Shown: positions 9,115-17,000 of the stretch, in pieces
How positions within the stretch are numbered: position 1 is the first letter of the stretch
Layout of the letters: each line of letters opens with the position of its first letter
Assembly: GCA_024275415.1 (NCBI GenBank)
Contig: JAJRZD010000020.1
Span: 1-32,000, forward strand
Origin: an archaeon
GTDB lineage: Archaea > Asgardarchaeota > Thorarchaeia > Thorarchaeales > Thorarchaeaceae
Reading direction: 5' to 3'
DNA length: 32,000 bases
Program-made: the position numbers and the translations under genes
Notes under the pieces: model-generated
What the model was told of the DNA's origin: nothing
Seen by the model: only the letters and a program-made list of their open reading frames with translations
Databases searched by the model: none

Positions 9115-9615
9115 TCAGTATCGAGAGCACACCTCACGTAGCTGCTCGATCTGCTTCATCTTCAGATAGGAGATATACTCGAAAAGCCTGCTGACAACCT
9201 CGGACTTTGCCTTTGTTGCTAGGCTGAGATATAGCTTGTACGTCTTAATGCTCTTCTCAAGTGCCCTGTTGCAGACGAAGATACGAGGGTCAGTTTCTTC
9301 TCTGAGCGGATGAAAAGGGGTCGGGTCGGGGATAGCGTCTCTATCGGGAACTCGGGACAACTCCTCCAGTTCATCCAAGATGCCGGTGACCATCATATGC
9401 TGTATCCTTTGAATCAATACGGATTCGGATTTTACAAGGAGCATGAGTAGTGCCTTTACTTCAGGCATCTCGGACTTTTCAGCCGTGGACAAGAAGAACT
9501 TGTGCTGTGATTTTGCGGTGAGGAGCGCGAGCTTGAGATGGGGTGTCAATGACTCTACTTCATTCAATGTCAACAGGTAATGGTAAGCAAAGGGAATGAT
9601 AGGGATTTCTGTCAT
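9115..9615 (-). CDS. Ferritin-like/rubrerythrin-fold protein lacking canonical diiron ligands (paralog B)
   Basis: Paralog of 8590..9045; its start overlaps the pyrE stop by 4 bp (ATGA). Confidence 0.65.
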   Translation of the reverse strand: MTEIPIIPFAYHYLLTLNEVESLTPHLKLALLTAKSQHKFFLSTAEKSEMPEVKALLMLLVKSESVLIQRIQHMMVTGILDELEELSRVPDRDAIPDPTPFHPLREETDPRIFVCNRALEKSIKTYKLYLSLATKAKSEVVSRLFEYISYLKMKQIEQLREVCSRY

Positions 9616-10337
9616 GCATTGGGTCTTTGAAAACTGGTTGGATTCTCAAGATACTCTCGGATTATTCGATGGTCACTGTCGGGCATACGATCTTTCAGTA
9701 GGGGGAGTCCTTCATCAATGAAACGGATTAACGCATGAAGGCGCATACCTGCGTCCTCTGCGGCTCTAGCAGCACCTTGTTGCCTGTCGATAAGGACGGC
9801 AATGTCATCACAAGTGACGTTCTTGATGGCTCTGCGGTCTAGTTCTGCCTGCACCTGTGCACGCGCAGTCAACTTGCTTGTCAAACCTGTGACTAAGTCG
9901 TCGACCAGACAGAGGGCATCGCCATCTTCCAAGACACCTTCTACAAGGGCATGCTGCCCGTATTCTTGCAGGACTCTCATCATGTCATCAGGAGACTTGA
10001 CACCTGCCAGCTTTCGAGTGTGCACTGCGGGGATCTTCGACTCGATAGAGATAACAGTGGCAATCGGCACCCCAGCAAAGGCGATTCCGACAAGCTTGTT
10101 GACATGGGGGGCTTCCTCACGAATCATGACGGCCATCGCTGTCCCCACCTTAGATAACGTTTCAGGGAACGATGCAAGGAGCCTGAGCTGGATGTAGAAT
10201 GGGCTCCAGAGGCCTGATACAAGAGTCCAACCATCAGGTCGATCACGGCCTTGAGTCAACAGCAATCGGTGTTCATAAATCTCGGTCATAATCTCTTGCT
10301 TGAGCCTATAGATATCCTGACTCATTTTCTGCCCCAT
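9612..10337 (-). CDS. pyrE: Orotate phosphoribosyltransferase-like type I PRTase
   Basis: LVSGLWSPFYIQLR (OPRT LxSGxxSPxYxDxR-like), PRPP motif VDDLVTG, VLIDRQQGA. Start may be 10325. Confidence 0.75.
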   Translation of the reverse strand: MGQKMSQDIYRLKQEIMTEIYEHRLLLTQGRDRPDGWTLVSGLWSPFYIQLRLLASFPETLSKVGTAMAVMIREEAPHVNKLVGIAFAGVPIATVISIESKIPAVHTRKLAGVKSPDDMMRVLQEYGQHALVEGVLEDGDALCLVDDLVTGLTSKLTARAQVQAELDRRAIKNVTCDDIAVLIDRQQGAARAAEDAGMRLHALIRFIDEGLPLLKDRMPDSDHRIIREYLENPTSFQRPNA

Positions 10338-10391
10338 TCACCGAATGGACTGAAAAGCTCTTAACTTTGCCGTAGTAGGGAGTGTGAGAGT

Positions 10392-11420
10392 ATGAGTGTG
10401 TATCATGAAGACCTTACTTGGTGGCTACTGAGGTATTCAGAACCAGTAATCAGGTATCGAACACTCGTGGACATTATGGATGAGCGTGATGTAGGTCGCA
10501 TCGGGCGGGCGTTGAATGACCTCTACAAAAGCCCTCTCATCTTGAAATGGTTAGAGCGATTGAAGTTCAATATGGCATTCAACAGGATCCATTCCAACAC
10601 CACTGATGCTTTCGAGAATGTAATCGGCAAACTATCCATGTTGGGGATGAGAGCTGGGCTCCAACCATTCGATAATAAGACACTTCCTTACAGGGCGTGG
10701 CTTACGGACAATCGACAAATGTCTACAGCAGAACCTCGTGGGGATTTCATGAAGACGATTATCGCCTCCCTCCTGTCCTATGCAGGTTACGGCTCGACAA
10801 TGCCCGTATCTGAGCATCTGAAGGCAAGACTTGAAATGCTCCATTCATTCGCGCGCCAGCCAGATTTTGATGCCATATTCAGAGATGAAGAACAATCCAA
10901 AGACACTCCAAACTCGTTTTTGCCATGTGTCCATGACATCAGAGGCTTTGCATTTTGCAATGCCATAATGAACAGTCGAGTCCTACGTAAAAGAGCGGAA
11001 TCTGTTGTGAAAGTGATTATATCTGATGTGTTCCAGTTTCGCCTATGTAAACGTAGCATAGCACGCCGTGGTTCAAGGTTTGATGTCATGGGATGGGCAG
11101 TGCATCTCCCTGGATACGGGTCTAGCCCTGAAGGCGTCGAGTTTGCCGAGCTTTTGCTCACATTGGAAATGATGGCACCATTCGAGCCCGCACGGACAAG
11201 CGAATGGTTCCATGATTCAATGAACTATCTTGCACAATTCAGGACTGAAAGCGGCACCTATAGATTCCCCCGAGCGTGGTTACCAGAAAGGAAGGTCGGC
11301 TACTGGATCCGCGGAGAACGTATGGGACTTGAGGAGAACAGGGGAAACGAGATGGCAATCGAGTGTGAGTCCACTTTCTGGGTCTTACGAATCAGGAAAC
11401 TTGCTGGACTTTATTCGTAG
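10392..11420 (+). CDS. Hypothetical protein, possibly alpha-helical toroid (prenyltransferase/squalene-cyclase-repeat-like)
   Basis: Long clean ORF; WLL...EPVIRYRTL N-terminus and ESTFWVLRI C-terminus resemble that superfamily from memory only. Confidence 0.55.
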   Translation: MSVYHEDLTWWLLRYSEPVIRYRTLVDIMDERDVGRIGRALNDLYKSPLILKWLERLKFNMAFNRIHSNTTDAFENVIGKLSMLGMRAGLQPFDNKTLPYRAWLTDNRQMSTAEPRGDFMKTIIASLLSYAGYGSTMPVSEHLKARLEMLHSFARQPDFDAIFRDEEQSKDTPNSFLPCVHDIRGFAFCNAIMNSRVLRKRAESVVKVIISDVFQFRLCKRSIARRGSRFDVMGWAVHLPGYGSSPEGVEFAELLLTLEMMAPFEPARTSEWFHDSMNYLAQFRTESGTYRFPRAWLPERKVGYWIRGERMGLEENRGNEMAIECESTFWVLRIRKLAGLYS

Positions 11421-12498
11421 TGCGATTGAACCTACTCTTGGTCCCCGTGAAGATGAAGGAAAGTAATCGATTTCGCCGAATCACATAGAGAACGACAGGA
11501 ATCGAAATCACGACACCCAAAGAGAACCGCAATGGCCACAGTAGATCATATCCAGCAACGATATCAGGTATTGTCCAGCCGGCGAGAAGCATGATTGGTG
11601 GTACCAAAAGGAAGGTCAGTGGATGGAACTCGTAGATTTCCTGTGACGCGTTGCCCAGCATGACAAACCAGCGCTGGACAGAAGCAGGAAAATCTGCAAG
11701 ATAACTCGAAACGATAAAAACTATCAGCGTCCCCAGCGTCCCAGTCCCAAGGTAGATGTATACACTCAATCCAAGGTTGTCCACTGCGATATCCGTGAAT
11801 CCATTCAGCTCGGAGACGAGAACGAGAGATACTGTTGCCAACAGAATGACGGTGAGGTCTCTGGTTCGTGAGCCAGTCTTCCATGACGCTCTTCCTCCCT
11901 CTTTTTGTAATTCATTCCCTATAATGGTGTAAGCGCAGGCGACTAGGATGGCGCTGATGTGCCATGGAACCAGCATTGGGTAGAACAGCTGATTGATGAT
12001 TGCAGCTAGCAGAGCAAATGCTGGAATGAGAAGGATGCGAACGGCTCTCGGTACATCTGCGACGAGTCTGTCGAGAATAGCGAACAGCAGAAAACCGAAG
12101 TAAAGGACTGGAAGGAACCAAAGATGCGTGGATTGCATCGGAGGCCCACTACCATATAAGAACCAGAACACAACCTCGTTAGGTGTCAGATAGGTATCCA
12201 CAGCATTCGGTATCAGGTAGAAGAGGATTATCATGGATATCTGCAATATGAAATAAGGGATTAGAAACTGACGCCCTCGTGTTTTTGCGAATTTCCTCAA
12301 GTTGTGCCGGTGACGGCTAGCGTTGTATGTTAGTCCGGCCATAATGAAAAAAAGAGGGATAGTGAAGCTGCTAAGAGTCGTGGTTATGATATTGACATTA
12401 GGTATAATCGCATGAACCATGATGACTGAAAGTATACCGATGCCCTTTGCAATATCGATCCATTCGATACGCGTCTGGTCTGCAGCAAGCTCGGGCAT
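11392..12498 (-). CDS. Acyltransferase family 3 (OafA/fucose O-acetylase-like) integral membrane protein
   Basis: RIEWIDIAKGIGILSVIMVH, IPLFFIMAG, LIPY, HLWFLPVLY; about ten hydrophobic segments. Confidence 0.88.
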   Translation of the reverse strand: MPELAADQTRIEWIDIAKGIGILSVIMVHAIIPNVNIITTTLSSFTIPLFFIMAGLTYNASRHRHNLRKFAKTRGRQFLIPYFILQISMIILFYLIPNAVDTYLTPNEVVFWFLYGSGPPMQSTHLWFLPVLYFGFLLFAILDRLVADVPRAVRILLIPAFALLAAIINQLFYPMLVPWHISAILVACAYTIIGNELQKEGGRASWKTGSRTRDLTVILLATVSLVLVSELNGFTDIAVDNLGLSVYIYLGTGTLGTLIVFIVSSYLADFPASVQRWFVMLGNASQEIYEFHPLTFLLVPPIMLLAGWTIPDIVAGYDLLWPLRFSLGVVISIPVVLYVIRRNRLLSFIFTGTKSRFNRTTNKVQQVS

Positions 12499-12648
12499 CA
12501 GATATCAACACAATATGCTTAGCAGTCACAGACCCATAAATCAACTCTGTTTCAATCAACTCATTTTATCGATGGCTGAAGGAAGTTCTTGGGTTCCATT
12601 GACCTTCGGCAAACTTTTTAACGCTCTCCCATTCGGTCAGTCCCACAT

Positions 12649-12723
12649 GCGTCCGTTGTCTAGGGGCTATGATGGATCCCTGCCACGGATCCGGCCCGGG
12701 TTCGAGTCCCGGCGGACGCACCA
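12649..12723 (+). tRNA. tRNA-Gly(GCC), CCA encoded
   Basis: Acceptor GCGTCCG/CGGACGC, anticodon arm GATCC-CTGCCAC-GGATC, T arm CCGGG-TTCGAGT-CCCGG, 3' ACCA; upstream AAACTTTTTAA. Confidence 0.97.
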
Positions 12724-12840
12724 TCCTATGTTTTCTTGGTGCTGATAATCATTCAACAACTATTGCACACCAATGTGACCATCGACCATTTGCGAACTTC
12801 GACTATGCATACGATGTTTCGCATTCACAGACTTGATATA

Positions 12841-13274
12841 ATGGCTTCAATTTCCAGAGGTTGGGAAAAACATGTCCTGTTCCTCTGCACAGGCAACTCA
12901 GCAAGAAGCCAGATAGCGGAATCAATTCTCAGGTTACCGGGAGGGACTGAGTTCGAGGTGTATAGTGCGGGAACTAGTATCTCAGCAGAAGTCAATCCAT
13001 TTACTGTGGAGGTTCTGATAGAGCGGGGGACTCCACAGAGGGACTTTATCCCAAAAAGGCAGACCAGTTTGCCAATATGTCATTCGACCTAGTAACAACT
13101 GTCTGTGACAGTGCAAAACAAACATGCCCGCACTTTCAAGGTGCAAAAGTGAGATTACATTGGTCACTTGATGAGTCTGCTGGATTCTAGGGCACACATG
13201 GGGAGGTTCTTGATTTCTTTCGAATGACAAGGAATGAGATAGAACGCCGAATAAAGCGGGAAATCCTTGTGTAG
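12841..13274 (+). pseudogene. arsC: Arsenate reductase ArsC (LMW-PTP fold, thioredoxin-coupled) pseudogene
   Basis: Frame 1: VLFLCTGNSARSQIAE...YSAGT...VNPFTVEVL. Frameshift near 13025-13040 into GLYPKKADQFANMSFDLVTTVCDSAKQTCPHFQGAKVRLHWSLDESAGF*(TAG 13188-13190)GTHGEVLDFFRMTRNEIERRIKREILV*. Confidence 0.85.
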
Positions 13275-13275
13275 A

Positions 13276-15282
13276 TCAACGCTCCACCCAAGCGAACTTC
13301 CTCTGAAGTGTCTTCGAGTACACCTTTCGCCAGTCGTATTCTACCTTCTGACACCAATCATAGACTATCTTTGGATGAATGTACGACTTCATCGATGTGC
13401 CGAGGTTCCAAGTCCTGCTGGCCTTGGCAAGGGCATAGTCAGTTTCAATCTTCATTTTTACCAATTCTGCTTTTTTGACTCGTTCTTTTGCAGCATCAAC
13501 TGCCTTCTTTGCACGGGCTACACGAGCCGCTGATTTCTCCTTGAAAGATTTCAAGGTGTCCTGTTTTTTCTCAAGCGATACCTTTGCCTTCTCGTAGCGG
13601 TTTCTAGCACTCTTCAATTGTGACTCAGCCTTGTCAAGTCGTTCACGCGCACGCTTGATGCTTTCTTGGGCTTCGTCAAGTCGTTCTTTTTTGGTCGTCT
13701 TTCCCTTTCGTTTACTTGAGCGAATCTTGCTTTTGCGTGCCCTCGCGTTGTCCCATGCTATCTTTGCCTTGTCCCGTGTCTCACGCCGTTGCAGTACAGA
13801 TTGCCAGTACTTCTCTACAAGCATCTTTTGCTTGGTCACAGATTCTTGTCTGCTTTTGAGGTTCTTTGCTTCCTTCCTCTTCAGCACCTTGAGTTTGGAC
13901 TGCTTCTCTGTCACGACCTTTTTCGCTTTCTCGATGTTCTGTGATGCTTTTTTGATGCGGGTCTTGTAACGTTCCTCGCTCTTTGGCCAGCCCTTCGGAG
14001 CTTGTTTGGTATGGTTCATCACACGAGCGACTTCGAGGTTGGCCTTCCTCACAGCTTTCTTCTTGATGAAGTCGGGGTCAGTCTTTCGGGCTTTGCTCTT
14101 CTTCAGCTCCTCTCTCATCATAATTGAGGCATGATGTGTCCTAAACATCTTGGCGGTCAGACCAGTCATGATTTCCCCAAGGAACCGATTAACGTGAGTG
14201 CTATTGATGCTAGAAAAGATTTGAGCTACTTTTTTGGGGTCTGCACCAGTCACATCCCCTTTTCGAGATTCGAATGATTCCAATCGATCTTTCGCCTTCT
14301 CGTATAGTTCCTCGAACACCCTATATACGTCTGGCTCGAGTATGAGTTCCTTGTGCCAAGGAACACTATCCTTCCCTAAGAAATCAAATATGATTGAATT
14401 GCCCTTCAAAGTCAGATGTTCGACACGAAGGGTCGTGGCTCCAACAGTATCAGCCTCATCAGGATCTTTTTCATCTCCGACGCGAAGACTCAGCCGGTCT
14501 ATAAGATAACATGCTGCTGCCACCTCTCTTCTCTTTGCATTGTCAGACTGTAACCCCGCTATTATGTGGTCGCGTATCTCCTGCATTCTCTTCTCGACTT
14601 TGAGAGCCTTGTTGAACTTGGCAGCCTCCCGCTCTTGTTTAATCGGGGTGCTATCATGGAGCCAAAGATACTTGGTCTTCTTGGTCAGCTCATCAGTCCA
14701 CTTTGCGATCCACATGCAGTCTGGGGCCCAGATAATCTCACCCCAGTCCCCTTCAGGAACTTCAGAATCCGGAGAGAGATTGAGGGTTATGTCTTGATGC
14801 TGTGCACCACGTTTCCAGCGCCCGCGGAGAGGGTGTTCGCCACGCCCCATAAAAATCCCAGATGGTTCGGTCTGATATTGACCTAGCTCCATCCGGACAT
14901 CATCAACAAGAGCGTAACCATATGTTTCCTTCAATTGCTCGCGTATTGCCTTACGTGCCTCTCGATCAGCCTTTTTCTCCTCTTTGGTCATCGCCTCTTT
15001 CCGTGCGCGCTCGGAGTTGACATACTCTTCCACTTCAGAGAAATCTACATCTGTCATTTTCAAAGGGGGATTGATACCTAATGCACTACTGAAATCGGCC
15101 ATAAAATTCGCTGCAAATACGGGATCTTCAACATACGGTGTACCCAGCTTTCTTACCCATGCGACAGCCATCTCGCTCTGAAGACGATCAAGCCGAATCC
15201 GTTTACCACGCACCAAGATACTGAATGGGGGAAACTCAGGGGGTTCCAATACAAGTACGCCATTGTGACTGAGTGTTTTCAT
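13276..15282 (-). CDS. DNA topoisomerase IB, eukaryote-like large form
   Basis: TLSHNGV, GIFMGRGEHP, LRVGDEKD, FDFLGKDS, AKMFRT, MNHTK and LGTSMKSY; catalytic R/K/R/H/Y set present (Tyr634). Confidence 0.96.
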   Translation of the reverse strand: MKTLSHNGVLVLEPPEFPPFSILVRGKRIRLDRLQSEMAVAWVRKLGTPYVEDPVFAANFMADFSSALGINPPLKMTDVDFSEVEEYVNSERARKEAMTKEEKKADREARKAIREQLKETYGYALVDDVRMELGQYQTEPSGIFMGRGEHPLRGRWKRGAQHQDITLNLSPDSEVPEGDWGEIIWAPDCMWIAKWTDELTKKTKYLWLHDSTPIKQEREAAKFNKALKVEKRMQEIRDHIIAGLQSDNAKRREVAAACYLIDRLSLRVGDEKDPDEADTVGATTLRVEHLTLKGNSIIFDFLGKDSVPWHKELILEPDVYRVFEELYEKAKDRLESFESRKGDVTGADPKKVAQIFSSINSTHVNRFLGEIMTGLTAKMFRTHHASIMMREELKKSKARKTDPDFIKKKAVRKANLEVARVMNHTKQAPKGWPKSEERYKTRIKKASQNIEKAKKVVTEKQSKLKVLKRKEAKNLKSRQESVTKQKMLVEKYWQSVLQRRETRDKAKIAWDNARARKSKIRSSKRKGKTTKKERLDEAQESIKRARERLDKAESQLKSARNRYEKAKVSLEKKQDTLKSFKEKSAARVARAKKAVDAAKERVKKAELVKMKIETDYALAKASRTWNLGTSMKSYIHPKIVYDWCQKVEYDWRKVYSKTLQRKFAWVER

Positions 15283-15671
15283 GTTCTTGCCTCACTGTTT
15301 GGTGCTTGCTGGGCATGGTATCATGGAGAATCCTGTCTAAGCCATTGACCAGTCGGAATATACTGAACAAAAGCATTATGATATTGGAATTGTTTTTTCA
15401 GGATTGGCTTGGATGAAAATGTGTCTATGAACGACATCAAGCCATAGTTACCGCTGCCTTCTCTGTTGTTGAAAGAGATGGATTATCAGTAGAACAGGAA
15501 ACAGAAATCAAATCCATTGAGGGAGCGCTTCCCGATGAGATTGGATAAGAACCCTGCCAAACCGTAGGTGCTCGCAATCTGTGGTGATGACATCGGTCAG
15601 AGGAGTGATGGGACACAGAAGTCGTAAGTGTTGGTGATGGACTATTCACTAACGTTATAGTTCTAGTGAAA

Positions 15672-15749
15672 TGGTGCGGCCAGCGGGATTTGAACCCGCC
15701 TCGGAAGCTTGGAAGGCTTCAATCCTAAACCAGGCTAGACTATGGCCGC
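15672..15749 (-). tRNA. tRNA-Gly(TCC), CCA encoded
   Basis: Minus strand GCGGCCA...GAAGC-CTTCCAA-GCTTC...GCGGG-TTCAAAT-CCCGC-TGGCCGC-ACCA. Confidence 0.97.
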
Positions 15750-15948
15750 AGGAACTAGAAAACGAATGTTTGCGGTTGAGATTTAAGCGTATTGCTAGAG
15801 TGAACCGATGGAGTAGGTCAGTGGAAGCTGTGATTCTTTGAGATGAATGGTAAGAGGGGGTGGCGATAAAGGGGGTTATGTAATCAAGTGATTTGATGAG
15901 AGCATCAATTGAACAACCCATCAGACTAAATAGGTATCATGTACCGCC

Positions 15949-16548
15949 ATGTTCTATTCAAGAAACAGAGGTCAGCACATCGTGTATGAAGATGAGTATG
16001 TGACAGCCGCCAGAAAGAGTCACGGGGTGTATAAAATAGTCCTTGCAGGGGCAGGGGGTGTTGGTAAGACCTGTATCGCATCCCGTCTTATTACCAAGTC
16101 CTTCATTGATACTGAGATGACCAGAGGGTTGGACATCGAGTCGTGGGAGTTGGTCGATGAGGAGAATGATATTTCATTCAAGTTGGTTTCGGTTGATCTG
16201 GGAGGTCAGTCCCAATTCCGCTTCTTTCAGGATGCGCTGGTGAGAGGTGCGAGCATCGCTCTCGTGGTGTTCGATGTGTCCAGATATGAATCGTTGTTGG
16301 ATCTTGATGAATGGAAGGAGATCATGATGGACATCCCACCAGACCATATGCTTCTTATCGGGAACAAGAAGGACATGGGGATATGCATGAGCCTGGAGGA
16401 GATTGAACGACTCAAGGAGGAATGGGGAACAGACTGCGTTATCATAAGCACAAAGACTGGGGAGGGTTTCGAACTCGTAGAGGAATTTATCTTGGGCCTT
16501 TTGAAAAGGTCATCAGGAAATCCAGATAAGGAGGAGATAATGATTTGA
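15949..16548 (+). CDS. Ras-superfamily small GTPase (Rab/Roc-like)
   Basis: G1 GAGGVGKT, G2 MTRGLDI, G3 DLGGQ, G4 NKKD, G5 ISTK; no CAAX motif. Start may be GTG 16000. Confidence 0.93.
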   Translation: MFYSRNRGQHIVYEDEYVTAARKSHGVYKIVLAGAGGVGKTCIASRLITKSFIDTEMTRGLDIESWELVDEENDISFKLVSVDLGGQSQFRFFQDALVRGASIALVVFDVSRYESLLDLDEWKEIMMDIPPDHMLLIGNKKDMGICMSLEEIERLKEEWGTDCVIISTKTGEGFELVEEFILGLLKRSSGNPDKEEIMI

Positions 16549-17000
16549 CACAGATCTCAATCGCCTTTGGGTGCCCAATCTGTAAGAAGGATGTCAATGT
16601 GCAACTAGATTCTGAGAAGGTGGAGAGTTCGGTAAGAAACCCGGTGCCTGTTGTCGTCACCCATGGTACGCCGGAGCATGCGGTGACCATCTTTGTCGAC
16701 AAGGAACACCGTGTCCGTGCTATCAGTGCCTCAGACATCGTCCAAAGGATAGCTGATGTCGAAAGTAAGCACACCCCTTTCACGAGGAAGTTTGTACCAA
16801 TCCCAGTGGATGATGAGGTATCCTTGTCGGGATTGGACCATGTCCAGATTACGTTGGTCGCACTTGTCGATGGGAAACGAAGCGGTGACGAGTTGGCAAA
16901 GATCTTGGAAATCCCCAAGATGCGAGTAAAGATACTCTGCGAGCAATTGGTACGGATGGGAAAACTAGATTCAGTTCGAGTGGTGATTAGTGAAAAATGA
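16545..17000 (+). CDS. Hypothetical protein: N-terminal CxxC...H...H putative Zn domain plus C-terminal winged helix
   Basis: CPIC...THGTPEH...IFVDKEHRVR; C-terminus LVALVDGKRSGDELAKILEI...CEQLVRMGKL has an HTH-like pattern. 4-bp overlaps with both neighbours; TTG start. Confidence 0.7.
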   Translation: MTQISIAFGCPICKKDVNVQLDSEKVESSVRNPVPVVVTHGTPEHAVTIFVDKEHRVRAISASDIVQRIADVESKHTPFTRKFVPIPVDDEVSLSGLDHVQITLVALVDGKRSGDELAKILEIPKMRVKILCEQLVRMGKLDSVRVVISEK

